Shown: positions 20,474 to 29,572, numbered from the stretch's first letter. The stretch: 60,472 bases of DNA from Candidatus Zixiibacteriota bacterium (GCA_034659895.1 JAYEIF010000104.1:1-60472); one strand, 5' to 3'. Numbers and translations: made by a program. Notes: a model not told the origin generated them from the letters alone.

Positions 20474-21253
20474 ATGGATCTAACTACAATTAAATATGAA
20501 AAGAAAGATAAGAAGGCTCTGGTTACTTTTAATCGTCCAAAAATACACAATGCCTTCAACAGCACTGTCCTTTATGAAATGGCTGAAGTGTTCAATGACA
20601 TCAATTCAGATGACGATATACGAGTTGTACTTCTAACCGGCGCTGGCAAATCTTTCAGCGCTGGAGCTGATCTCAACTGGATGCGTGGTGTTATCAACCA
20701 ATCTTTTGATGAGAATCTGGCTGAGTCAAATGTGTTATCTGATTTGTTCTACAGTATTTATTCTTGCAAGCGTCCTGTTATTGGTCGTATCAACGGCGCT
20801 GCTATTGGTGGTGGAACTGGTTTTGTAGCTGTGTGCGATATTGCTATTGCTGCTCGATCGGCTGTGTTCTCGTTTTCGGAAGTGAAGATTGGTGTTGTGC
20901 CAGCTTGTATCAGTCCTTATGTCATCAAAAAGATTGGGGAGGGAAAGACACGCGAGCTGTTTATTACTGGCGAACGTATGAATGGTGACAGAGCGTATGA
21001 AGTTGGATTGGTTAATCGGGTTGTTGATGATGACCAACTCGATACTGAAGTTGACAAGCTGATCAAGTGGATTCTAACTTCCGGTCCTGAGGCTGTAGCA
21101 ATGGCAAAGAAGCTGATAAGTGAAGTGCCTGGAATGTTGCCAGAGCGGTTCAAGCCCTATACAGCAGAGATGATAGCAGGATTGAGGGTGTCTGATGAAG
21201 GGCAAGAGGGGATGGACGCTTTTTTGAATAAACGAAAGCCCCGATGGGCATAA
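20474..21253 (+). CDS. Enoyl-CoA hydratase / probable methylglutaconyl-CoA hydratase
   Basis: Crotonase fold motifs (GAGKSFSAGADL, GAAIGGG). The tracked ORF starts at TTG 20453; ATG 20474 gives the typical length of about 259 aa. Confidence 0.85.
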   Translation: MDLTTIKYEKKDKKALVTFNRPKIHNAFNSTVLYEMAEVFNDINSDDDIRVVLLTGAGKSFSAGADLNWMRGVINQSFDENLAESNVLSDLFYSIYSCKRPVIGRINGAAIGGGTGFVAVCDIAIAARSAVFSFSEVKIGVVPACISPYVIKKIGEGKTRELFITGERMNGDRAYEVGLVNRVVDDDQLDTEVDKLIKWILTSGPEAVAMAKKLISEVPGMLPERFKPYTAEMIAGLRVSDEGQEGMDAFLNKRKPRWA

Positions 21254-21286
21254 TGGATAGTGCAATTAATGAGGTGATAGACAGCA

Positions 21287-22807
21287 ATGAAGCCGCTTTT
21301 TGAAAAGATATTGGTAGCCAATCGATCAGAAATCGCTGTTCGAGTAATGAGCGCCTGTAGAACATTGGGAATCCCCTGTGTGGCTGTTTACTCGGACGCA
21401 GATAGGAAAAGTAAACATCGTTATTATGCCGATGAGGCAGCCTATATTGGACTATCCTCACCACGCGAGTCGTATCTGGATATTGAGAAAATCATCAATA
21501 CTGCAAAAGAAACTGGCTGTGATGCTATACATCCAGGCTACGGTTTCCTCGCTGAGAATCCGATTTTGGCACAACGATGTGTCGATGAAAATATCACTTT
21601 TATCGGTCCCTCGTCGGAAGCAATAAAACTCCTTGGTAACAAAGTGGAATCACGAGTAAAAATGGCAAATGCCGGAATCCCTCTGATTCCAGGAATGAAA
21701 GATTCCTCTGCCGATATAGACCAATATCGAAAAACTGCCGATGAAGCCGGTTACCCTGTCATTATCAAAGCAGCGGCTGGAGGTGGTGGCAAGGGTATGC
21801 GGGTTGTGTCCAGTGTGGATGAACTTGAGGATGCACTTGATTCTGCACGCCGTGAAGCTCTCAATGCCTTCAATGATGACACAGTCTATCTCGAAAAATA
21901 CATTGTCAATCCGCGTCATATTGAATTTCAAATTCTTGCTGATACACACGGTAACACTGTCCATGTTTTTGAGCGTGAGTGTTCCATCCAGCGCCGACAC
22001 CAGAAGATTATCGAAGAAACACCGTCGGTTGCGCTTGATGATGATTTACGGGTTCGTATGGGAGCTGATGCTGTCAAGGTTGCTCAGACAGCCGACTATA
22101 CCAATGCTGGAACAGTAGAATTCCTTCTTGATGAGAGCGGTAAGTATTACTTTCTTGAAATGAATACTCGTATCCAAGTTGAGCATCCTGTTACTGAGAT
22201 GGTCACAGGTGTAGATCTTGTCGTCGAACAGATTCGTATCGCTGCAGGACAAAAGCTTTCCGAGCAATTTAAGAATCTGACCCAGCGCGGTCATGCTATT
22301 GAGTGTCGAATCTATGCTGAAGATGGGGACAACAACTTTATGCCTTCAACAGGTACTATTTTACATTATTCCGAACCTGTAGGCCCCGGAGTTCGGGCCG
22401 ACTCCGGTATTGCCGCAGGAATGGAAATCACAATCGATTATGATCCAATTATGTCTAAGCTGATTGTCCATGCTCCAAATCGGGAATTAGCAATCAAGAA
22501 AATGATAGATTCCTTAAATGCCTACAAGATTCTTGGAGTGAAGACTTCCAAAAAGTTTATGATAGATGTTATGTCTCATCCTGAGTTCAAGGCTGGGCAT
22601 ACCTATACCAGCTTTATTGAGAAACACATGGCTGACCGACAGCTTGATCTTACGGCTTATCGGACTATTGCTGTTGCCGCTGCCAGTGTGGCGGCTCATA
22701 CTGCGCACGGTGCTAAAGCATTCAATGGTGTAAAATCTGATGGAGCCATGCCATCACCGTGGCAAACAATCGGTAGCTGGCAGATAGGAGATTCCATCCA
22801 TGAGTAG
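21287..22807 (+). CDS. Biotin carboxylase subunit (acyl-CoA carboxylase alpha, without biotinyl domain)
   Basis: 506 aa, ATP-grasp biotin carboxylase motifs (IHPGYGFLAEN, GYPVIIKAAAGGGGKGMR, EMNTRIQVEHPVTE). Confidence 0.92.
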   Translation: MKPLFEKILVANRSEIAVRVMSACRTLGIPCVAVYSDADRKSKHRYYADEAAYIGLSSPRESYLDIEKIINTAKETGCDAIHPGYGFLAENPILAQRCVDENITFIGPSSEAIKLLGNKVESRVKMANAGIPLIPGMKDSSADIDQYRKTADEAGYPVIIKAAAGGGGKGMRVVSSVDELEDALDSARREALNAFNDDTVYLEKYIVNPRHIEFQILADTHGNTVHVFERECSIQRRHQKIIEETPSVALDDDLRVRMGADAVKVAQTADYTNAGTVEFLLDESGKYYFLEMNTRIQVEHPVTEMVTGVDLVVEQIRIAAGQKLSEQFKNLTQRGHAIECRIYAEDGDNNFMPSTGTILHYSEPVGPGVRADSGIAAGMEITIDYDPIMSKLIVHAPNRELAIKKMIDSLNAYKILGVKTSKKFMIDVMSHPEFKAGHTYTSFIEKHMADRQLDLTAYRTIAVAAASVAAHTAHGAKAFNGVKSDGAMPSPWQTIGSWQIGDSIHE

Positions 22808-23297
22808 CTACGAATTCCTTTTCGATGGTGATACAGTCACATCATCTGTGGAAATGACAGATGAAACATATCGTGTAAAAATCGATGATGAGGAGATGGA
22901 ACTACGTCAAGTGAGTGACAATCTGTTTAGCGTTTTTATTAAAGGGAAACGCATACTCATAGCTGCGGCTCGGGATCGAAATGGGACAACCTATGTCGAT
23001 ATTGATTCTGCCCTTATCGAATTGAAAGAGCCTTCTGACGATGTTTTTGGCGAAGCTGGGGGAGAAGAAGGCGAGAAAGACAAAGTCTTTGCGCCAATGC
23101 CGGGGAAAATTGTCAAACTATTAGTCGAGGTCGGTGATAAAGTTTCGGAAAAGCAACAATTAGTGATTGTTGAAGCGATGAAGATGGAGAATCCTGTTTT
23201 ATGTCGTGCAAATGGGACTGTGAAAGCTATCAATTTTGCTGTCGGTGACCAAGTTGATAGCGACAGTCCAATTATCGAATTGGATATACCTGAGTAA
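22800..23297 (+). CDS. Biotin carboxyl carrier (biotinyl-domain) protein
   Basis: 165 aa, C-terminal biotinyl domain with the EAMKMEN biotinylation motif. Overlaps the biotin carboxylase gene by 8 nt (ATGAGTAG). Confidence 0.85.
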   Translation: MSSYEFLFDGDTVTSSVEMTDETYRVKIDDEEMELRQVSDNLFSVFIKGKRILIAAARDRNGTTYVDIDSALIELKEPSDDVFGEAGGEEGEKDKVFAPMPGKIVKLLVEVGDKVSEKQQLVIVEAMKMENPVLCRANGTVKAINFAVGDQVDSDSPIIELDIPE

Positions 23298-23310
23298 ACC
23301 AAGAGAAAGT

Positions 23311-23337
23311 AAGTCAGGTTGCTTGTCAACCTGACTT
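23311..23337 (+). terminator. Perfect 11-bp hairpin after the BCCP gene (left copy of a duplicated hairpin)
   Basis: AAGTCAGGTTG-cttgt-CAACCTGACTT, followed by TTACAGTTT (poor U tract). Confidence 0.45.
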
Positions 23338-23393
23338 TACAGTTTACCTGTCAGATTGACATTGGTTGGGACATTACAACATTGAGGCAATTG

Positions 23394-24254
23394 ATGAGCG
23401 ATGCTAAAATTAGCTGGGATTTTTGCCAGAAGAACTCAGATGACATATTGAATAGTGGATTAGAACAACTCAGATTAGCTAAAAAGTATGATAGTAGCCA
23501 CCATTCGCTGTCGGCAACTGGCAATTATGTTATCTTATTCAATGACACACCACTATATATTGGAGAAGCAAAGGATCTAAAAAGTAGACTTAAGCAGCAA
23601 TTTTATGCAAACACATCGACGTTCTTTAAGAGCTATGTTAAGAAACAGAGTCAATTGGATATTGAGAAGAATCTCCAAGTAGACAACTTTGAGGTGAAAT
23701 ATGTCACAACTAGAGTTGGTAGAAAAGAACTTGAAGAATTCGGTATCGTGAATTTCCCAACTCCACTCAACAAATTTCAACTTGGTAAAAGAAATAATTA
23801 CAGGGGTTTATTGAAAAGCGATCTTTGGGGTAAAGTTCAAGACGAGTACTTTGGAATAATCGAAAGTGGAGGAAAGGCAGTTATAGCTGCCAAACCATGC
23901 AATTGGTTGGAAGCAACACCACTTGCGAAGGCAGGTGTATATATTGTTTTTAACCATAAAAACGAGATTATATATATTGGAGAGAGTTCGAATATTGGTG
24001 ACAGATATAAAACTCATGGTAAGGACACCTATTTCTCAGCATTCAGACGAAATCTAGGTACCAACTTATTGGGATTTCGATTAAAGGAGAGAAAAGGCAA
24101 GAAGCGGTATTTTGAACCTAACGAAGACAGTCAAGTTGATAACTACATAAGGAACTGCAAAATCATTCTCAAAATGATTAACTTTGGACGATTTGAGTTA
24201 GAAGAATACCTTATTAGGAATATCCAACCAGTTTTGAACAAGAAATCGAAATAG
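23394..24254 (+). CDS. Hypothetical protein with two tandem GIY-YIG nuclease-like domains
   Basis: 286 aa from ATG 23394 (GAGG RBS 6 nt upstream). The tracked TTG 23319 lies inside the hairpin. Half 1: NYVILF..LYIGEAKDLKSRLKQQF..GRKELEEFGIVNFPTPLNK. Half 2: GVYIVF..IYIGESSNIGDRYKTH..GRFELEEYLIRNIQPVLNK. Visibly more AT-rich than its neighbours. Confidence 0.6.
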   Translation: MSDAKISWDFCQKNSDDILNSGLEQLRLAKKYDSSHHSLSATGNYVILFNDTPLYIGEAKDLKSRLKQQFYANTSTFFKSYVKKQSQLDIEKNLQVDNFEVKYVTTRVGRKELEEFGIVNFPTPLNKFQLGKRNNYRGLLKSDLWGKVQDEYFGIIESGGKAVIAAKPCNWLEATPLAKAGVYIVFNHKNEIIYIGESSNIGDRYKTHGKDTYFSAFRRNLGTNLLGFRLKERKGKKRYFEPNEDSQVDNYIRNCKIILKMINFGRFELEEYLIRNIQPVLNKKSK

Positions 24255-24261
24255 TCTTCAT

Positions 24262-24287
24262 TTGTCAAGTTGCTTACAATCTGACAA
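24262..24287. repeat. Imperfect hairpin homologous to 23311-23337 (right copy)
   Basis: TTGTCAAGTTG-ctta-CAATCTGACAA. The core GTCAAGTTGCTTACAATCTGAC aligns to GTCAGGTTGCTTGTCAACCTGAC with 19 identities and one gap. Confidence 0.45.
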
Positions 24288-24340
24288 TTGCATTATGGCC
24301 GTAATGATTCTATTCTACAGGTGTGACTCTCTTTTTATTT

Positions 24341-25486
24341 CTATGTCTGCTTCAGTGACCTCAGAAGATCCCGCGCTATCACAAGACGTTGGATTTCAGA
24401 AGTTCCTTCTCCAATTTCACACAGCTTGACATCACGCCAGATACGTTCAGCTGGATATGGACCTGTGTAGTAGCCAATATCGCCAAGGATACCCATAGCT
24501 GAATGTGCTGCGCGTCGACCGACTTCTGATGCGTACAGTTTACACATAGCAGAGTGACGGCTGAATGGAATTCCGGCATCCTTACGCTCTGAACAATCAT
24601 AGATCATCAGTCGGGCGCCTTCGATTTCGGTTTCCATATCAGCTATTTTGTTCTGGATTGCTTGACTGAAGATTATTGGTTTGCCAAATTGTTTGTGATC
24701 GGCAGCATATTTGAGGGCACAGTCCAAAGCGCCTTGTGCTAGTCCAAGCGCCATGGCTCCGATAGAAATTCGTCCACCGTCGAGAGTGATCAACATTTGC
24801 TTGAACCCTTCACCGATTTTGCCTATACGGTATTCATCTGATATTCTTAGATCATCGAAATGAAGAGAAGCTGTATCAGAACCTCGGAGTCCTATCTTGT
24901 TTTCCTTTTTGCCAACCGAGTAACCCTCCCAGCCCTTTTCGAGAATGAACGAAGTGATATCTTTCTCTTCAGGTTTGTCGGAGGTTCGAGCTGTGGCTAT
25001 AGTTGCCATTGCGTGAGAAGCAGATGTAATAAAGCATTTACTGCCGTTGATAATCCAATCATCACCATCTCGGATAGCCATTGATTTAGTTCCACCGGCA
25101 TCAGAACCCGCCTCAGGTTCAGTCAGTCCGAATGATATTAATTCTCCTTTGGCGGCTCGAGGAAGATATTTCATCTTCTGGTCGTTGTTACCAAATTTGA
25201 CTATTGGAAGAGCTCCCAATGAATTGTGAGCGGCAATTGTAATACCTGTTGAACCACAAACACGAGACAGTTCCTCAACAGCGATAGAATAGCTGATTGT
25301 ATCAATAGGTTTACCGCCATATTCCTCAGGGATTACCATACTCATCAAGCCCATTTCAGTCAATGGCTTTATTTGTTCGGTAGGAAATCGTTGTTCTTCG
25401 TCGATAGATTTTGCCAGAGGTTCAATCTTCTCAAGAGCAAAGGCGCGGATTTTCTCTCGATATTCGTGATGTTTTTTTTGCAACAC
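24341..25486 (-). CDS. Acyl-CoA dehydrogenase (possibly isovaleryl-CoA dehydrogenase)
   Basis: 381 aa, ACAD fold (TEPEAGSD.., EGTSEIQRLVIAR). GTG start 3 nt after the upstream stop. Substrate is inferred from context only. Confidence 0.88.
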   Translation of the reverse strand: MLQKKHHEYREKIRAFALEKIEPLAKSIDEEQRFPTEQIKPLTEMGLMSMVIPEEYGGKPIDTISYSIAVEELSRVCGSTGITIAAHNSLGALPIVKFGNNDQKMKYLPRAAKGELISFGLTEPEAGSDAGGTKSMAIRDGDDWIINGSKCFITSASHAMATIATARTSDKPEEKDITSFILEKGWEGYSVGKKENKIGLRGSDTASLHFDDLRISDEYRIGKIGEGFKQMLITLDGGRISIGAMALGLAQGALDCALKYAADHKQFGKPIIFSQAIQNKIADMETEIEGARLMIYDCSERKDAGIPFSRHSAMCKLYASEVGRRAAHSAMGILGDIGYYTGPYPAERIWRDVKLCEIGEGTSEIQRLVIARDLLRSLKQT

Positions 25487-25489
25487 AGT

Positions 25490-26632
25490 TTAGTCCTTCA
25501 GTAAATCTTTAGAAATGACCATTAGATGAGCCTCGGAAGTCCCTTCATAAATCTCAGTTACACGAGCATCACGAAAATAGCGCTCGACGGCATATTCCTT
25601 CATATAGCCATAGCCACCGTGAATCTGAACGGCTTCGTTGGCTACGAAGTTAGCTGTCTGCGAGCAGAATAATTTGGACATTGATGTCTCACGATGGCAA
25701 GGTTTGCCGGCATCCTTAAGTTGAGCAGCGCGGTACGCCAAGAGTCGGCTGGCGTCAATACGTGTAGCCATCTCAGCCATCTTGAACTGCAATGCCTGAA
25801 AAGCAGCCAAAGGTTTACCGAATTGTTTGCGCTCTTTGGAATACTTTATAGCTTCATTGAGTGCTGATTGTGCAATACCAATGGCTTGAAATGAAACACC
25901 AATACGACCGGAGTTGAGAATTGTAACCGCCATGCGGAAACCATTACCTTCTTCGCCAAGAAGATTCTCTTTGGGTACTTTGACATCGGCAAAGTTGATT
26001 TCGCGCGTATCGGAAGCTTTAATTCCACATTTTGTTTCGGGTTTGCCAACAGAAATACCATCGAGGTCCTTGTCCACGATGAAACAACTGAGTCCCCGAT
26101 GCCCTTCATCCGGGTTAGTTTTAGCAAATACTATCAGGACACTGGCAAGACCGCCATTGGTGACAAAGGTCTTGGTGCCGTTTAATAAATAGTGATCTCC
26201 TTTGTTCTCGGCAGTCGTAGCGATGGCTGAAAGGTCGGTACCCATGTTTGGTTCAGTCAGGCAATATGAGCCAATCTTTTCACCAGTTGCCATAGGGGGG
26301 AGGTACTTCTTTTTGGTGTCCTTATCGCCAAAGAGTTTGATGATTTCACAACATAGTGAACAGTGAACAGATAAAAGAATGCCGAATCCTGCGCAAGCTG
26401 CGCTGAATTCTTCTAAAACGCCGGCAAATGCGGTAGAGCTGAATCCCATGCCACCGTATTCTTCCGGTACCGTAAAACCGAGGTAACCCAATTCTCCGCA
26501 TTCTTTGATTAACTCTTTTGGAGTTTCAGCTTTTTCGTCCATTTCTTCAGCTTGTGGATAAAGGCGCTTCTCGGCGAATTCCCGCGCCATTTGCTTGAAC
26601 TCGAGATCCTCTTCGGAGAGATTAAAATCCAT
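25490..26632 (-). CDS. Acyl-CoA dehydrogenase (short-chain/butyryl-CoA type)
   Basis: 380 aa, ACAD motifs (LTEPNMGTD, QIHGGYGY, IYEGTSE). Confidence 0.88.
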   Translation of the reverse strand: MDFNLSEEDLEFKQMAREFAEKRLYPQAEEMDEKAETPKELIKECGELGYLGFTVPEEYGGMGFSSTAFAGVLEEFSAACAGFGILLSVHCSLCCEIIKLFGDKDTKKKYLPPMATGEKIGSYCLTEPNMGTDLSAIATTAENKGDHYLLNGTKTFVTNGGLASVLIVFAKTNPDEGHRGLSCFIVDKDLDGISVGKPETKCGIKASDTREINFADVKVPKENLLGEEGNGFRMAVTILNSGRIGVSFQAIGIAQSALNEAIKYSKERKQFGKPLAAFQALQFKMAEMATRIDASRLLAYRAAQLKDAGKPCHRETSMSKLFCSQTANFVANEAVQIHGGYGYMKEYAVERYFRDARVTEIYEGTSEAHLMVISKDLLKD

Positions 26633-26643
26633 GATTTATTTCC

Positions 26644-27507
26644 TTATTTGCTATAGTCATAAAATCCGCGACCGGTTTTGCGACCGAGATAACCCGCTTG
26701 AACCATTTTCTTCAATAGTGGGCATGGACGATATTTGGGGTCTCCAAGACCATCGTGGAGAACCTCGAGAACAGACAAACATACATCCAGACCGATAAAA
26801 TCGGCGAGAGTTAAGGGACCCATCGGATGTGCCATACCGAGCTTCATTACTGAGTCAATAGCCTCGATTGTTCCAACGCCTTCCATGTGTGCGTAGATAG
26901 CTTCATTTATCATTGGTATCAAAATACGGTTAGCGATGAATCCTGGAAAATCGTTCACTAAAACCGGTACCTTGCCAAGTTTCTTCGCTAATTCTTCGAT
27001 GAGCGCAAAGGTTTCGTCGGTTGTTGCAATACCGCGAATCAACTCGATTAATTTCATCATCGGTACTGGATTCATAAAATGCATACCGATAAACTTTTCC
27101 GGCCTTTTGGTATTAGCGGCAAGTTGCGTTATTGGCAGTGATGATGTATTGGATGCAAAGTAAACCTCGGGACCACAGATATCCTCAAGCTTTTTAAAAA
27201 TGTCGAGTTTTATATCAAGGTTTTCGGTTACTGCCTCGATTACCAACTGAGCATTTTTGGCAGCCGCTAGGTCTGTGCCAGTGTGGATGCGATTGAGTGT
27301 GGTTTTTTTGTCGTCCTCGGTAATTTTTTCTTTCTTTATCAAGCGATCCATACTCTTTGTGAGAACAGTTATAGCGCGGTCGAGAAATTCCTGTTTGATG
27401 TCAATCAGTTCAACTTCGTATCCTGTTGTAGCCAACACCTGTGCGATGCCGTTGCCCATCGTGCCAGAGCCGATTACTGCTACCTTTTTAATGTCATCAA
27501 TGTTCAT
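26644..27507 (-). CDS. hbd: 3-hydroxybutyryl-CoA dehydrogenase
   Basis: 287 aa, Rossmann motif [16 protein letters not shown], 3-hydroxyacyl-CoA dehydrogenase N- and C-terminal domains. Confidence 0.9.
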   Translation of the reverse strand: MNIDDIKKVAVIGSGTMGNGIAQVLATTGYEVELIDIKQEFLDRAITVLTKSMDRLIKKEKITEDDKKTTLNRIHTGTDLAAAKNAQLVIEAVTENLDIKLDIFKKLEDICGPEVYFASNTSSLPITQLAANTKRPEKFIGMHFMNPVPMMKLIELIRGIATTDETFALIEELAKKLGKVPVLVNDFPGFIANRILIPMINEAIYAHMEGVGTIEAIDSVMKLGMAHPMGPLTLADFIGLDVCLSVLEVLHDGLGDPKYRPCPLLKKMVQAGYLGRKTGRGFYDYSK

Positions 27508-27527
27508 TATTATTCTCCTTTATTCTC

Positions 27528-28721
27528 TTATAATATTTCAATGGACATTGCCACGGCATTTCCGCCGCCGAGACAGAGTGTCGCCAGACCATTTTTAAGC
27601 CCGCGGTCTTTGAGAGCATATATCAACGTAGTCAGGACACGCGCTCCAGATGCTCCGATAGGGTGGCCCAATGCAACAGCGCCGCCGTGTACATTGACAC
27701 GATCCCAATCCCAGCCGAGTTCTTTTCCGTCAGCCAAAGCCTGTACTGAAAATGCTTCATTCGCTTCTATCAAGTCAAAGTGATTGATGTCTACGTTCAT
27801 TTTTTTCATCAATTTCTGTACGGCATAAATGGGGGCAAAGAACAAGTCTTCAGGCTTTGTTCCTGAAACCGAATAGTCAATAATCTTCGCTAGTGGGGTT
27901 AATCCCTTTTCCTTGAGATAAGTACCAGACACTACCACAGTAGCTGAACTGCCGTCATTAAGACCGGGAGCGTTGCCGGCGGTGACAGTACCGCCCTTCT
28001 CAAAGGCTGGACGAAGTTTTGCTAACTTCTCTTTGGAGATTCCAGGGCGAGGGCCTTCATCCTTATTGAAGATGATTGAATCACTTTTGCGCTGAGGAAT
28101 CTCAATTGGGAATATCTCAGCGTCGAACTTGCCATTTTCCTGAGCTGAAAGAGCTTTAAGGTGAGAATTTGCGGCAAACTCATCCTGCTCTTCACGCGTG
28201 ATCCCTGTTTTCTTTTGTGTTAATTCCGCAGCTACTCCCATGTGGAAGTTGTTAAAACTGTCCCATAAACCATCGGAAATCATAATATCTGTTAGTTTTT
28301 GATGTCCAAATTTTACTCCTCGTTTGGCAGCTGCTGAAAGTACCAACGGAGCGTTAGACATTGATTCCATACCACCTGCGAGTATGACGTTCTGGTCTCC
28401 AGCCCGAATCGATTGTGCTGCCAGCATTACGGCCTTCAAACCTGAGCCGCAGACTTTGTTAATGGTCATTGCCGCTACTTCCGGTGGTATTCCTCCATGG
28501 ATAGCCGCTTGGCGGGCGGGAGCTTGGTTGGAACCGCCTTGAACCACCTGTCCCATAATGACTTCCTCGACATCGACAGCATCAACTTTGGACCGAGCCA
28601 GTGCTTCCTTTACCGCAAAAGCACCAAGTTGGGGAGCCGTAAAAGCAGAGAGATGGCTGTGAAGAACGCCAACTGCGCTTCTGCAGGCTGACACGATGTA
28701 GGCTTCGTTTTGTTCGGACAT
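27528..28721 (-). CDS. Acetyl-CoA acetyltransferase (thiolase II)
   Basis: Thiolase motifs (INKVCGSGLKA, NVHGGAVALGHPIGASGAR, LCLGGG). ATG 28721 follows GGAGGA; the tracked ORF begins 15 nt upstream at 28736. Confidence 0.92.
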   Translation of the reverse strand: MSEQNEAYIVSACRSAVGVLHSHLSAFTAPQLGAFAVKEALARSKVDAVDVEEVIMGQVVQGGSNQAPARQAAIHGGIPPEVAAMTINKVCGSGLKAVMLAAQSIRAGDQNVILAGGMESMSNAPLVLSAAAKRGVKFGHQKLTDIMISDGLWDSFNNFHMGVAAELTQKKTGITREEQDEFAANSHLKALSAQENGKFDAEIFPIEIPQRKSDSIIFNKDEGPRPGISKEKLAKLRPAFEKGGTVTAGNAPGLNDGSSATVVVSGTYLKEKGLTPLAKIIDYSVSGTKPEDLFFAPIYAVQKLMKKMNVDINHFDLIEANEAFSVQALADGKELGWDWDRVNVHGGAVALGHPIGASGARVLTTLIYALKDRGLKNGLATLCLGGGNAVAMSIEIL

Positions 28722-28923
28722 ATTCATTTCCTCCATAGATTATTATGTATAACACATTACAATTTTTAATATTAATAAAATAATACTATAAACGCAAGTG
28801 AACCATTTCACAAAATTGCCAGCAAATTATAAATCTAACCTGTGTTTTTGTCTTGCGTTCCACCAATAATATCTATTACCATTTTATATAAATAACGAAA
28901 ATCGATTGACAGGAGATTGAAGA

Positions 28924-29541
28924 ATGAAAACGTTGAAAATTACATTAGCGGCAGTCTTAATTTTAGCAGTGGGAGCATCAGCTCAACTTCCAAGCAAACC
29001 ATTCAATATCTATATTGGTGGTGGTGTTACACTTCCGAATCAACCCGACGGTTTCAAGGATAGGAACAATTTGGGCTATCATGGTATGGCTGGTTTGGGA
29101 TTGAATGTTTTTCCGAAGATTCAACTTGTGGGAAAGCTTGGTTATTATGACCTCAGTTTGGACAAGGATAAATATGGCAACGTCGAAGATGTAACCGGAG
29201 TTGATGGAGGGGATTTTACAGCTTTCACCTATGGCGCTGATCTAAAGTTGGCTATTGGAGTACCGATGATGTCTGTCAAACCGTTTGTTTTTGGCGGGAT
29301 TGGTATGGCTAATCTTGGAGTCTCGGAAATATCTTTTGACATGGACAAGGTGCCGGAGTGGAATGCCTCGAAGATTTACTACAATTTTGGAGGTGGACTT
29401 GAATTCAAATATGGTCCGGGACTGACTTTCTTTGTTCAGGCGACATACTTGAGCATATCGGGTGACAAAGACCCTAAATCTTTGGGCGAAACCGACAACA
29501 GGATTGTAATGATTCCTGTCTCACTTGGTTTGAAGTTCTGA
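28924..29541 (+). CDS. Small outer-membrane beta-barrel protein
   Basis: 205 aa, signal peptide MKTLKITLAAVLILAVGASAQ, alternating beta-strand pattern, C-terminal ..SLGLKF with terminal Phe. Confidence 0.7.
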   Translation: MKTLKITLAAVLILAVGASAQLPSKPFNIYIGGGVTLPNQPDGFKDRNNLGYHGMAGLGLNVFPKIQLVGKLGYYDLSLDKDKYGNVEDVTGVDGGDFTAFTYGADLKLAIGVPMMSVKPFVFGGIGMANLGVSEISFDMDKVPEWNASKIYYNFGGGLEFKYGPGLTFFVQATYLSISGDKDPKSLGETDNRIVMIPVSLGLKF

Positions 29542-29572
29542 AATCAGTTTTATTTGCCCAATTATTCATAGC

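Noticed and set aside
28797-28812. GTGAA-ccat-TTCAC palindrome upstream of the thiolase operon, considered as a CRP/FNR-type site
   Set aside because: The spacing (4 nt) and half-sites do not fit the TGTGA-N6-TCACA consensus. It is a single occurrence in AT-rich DNA.
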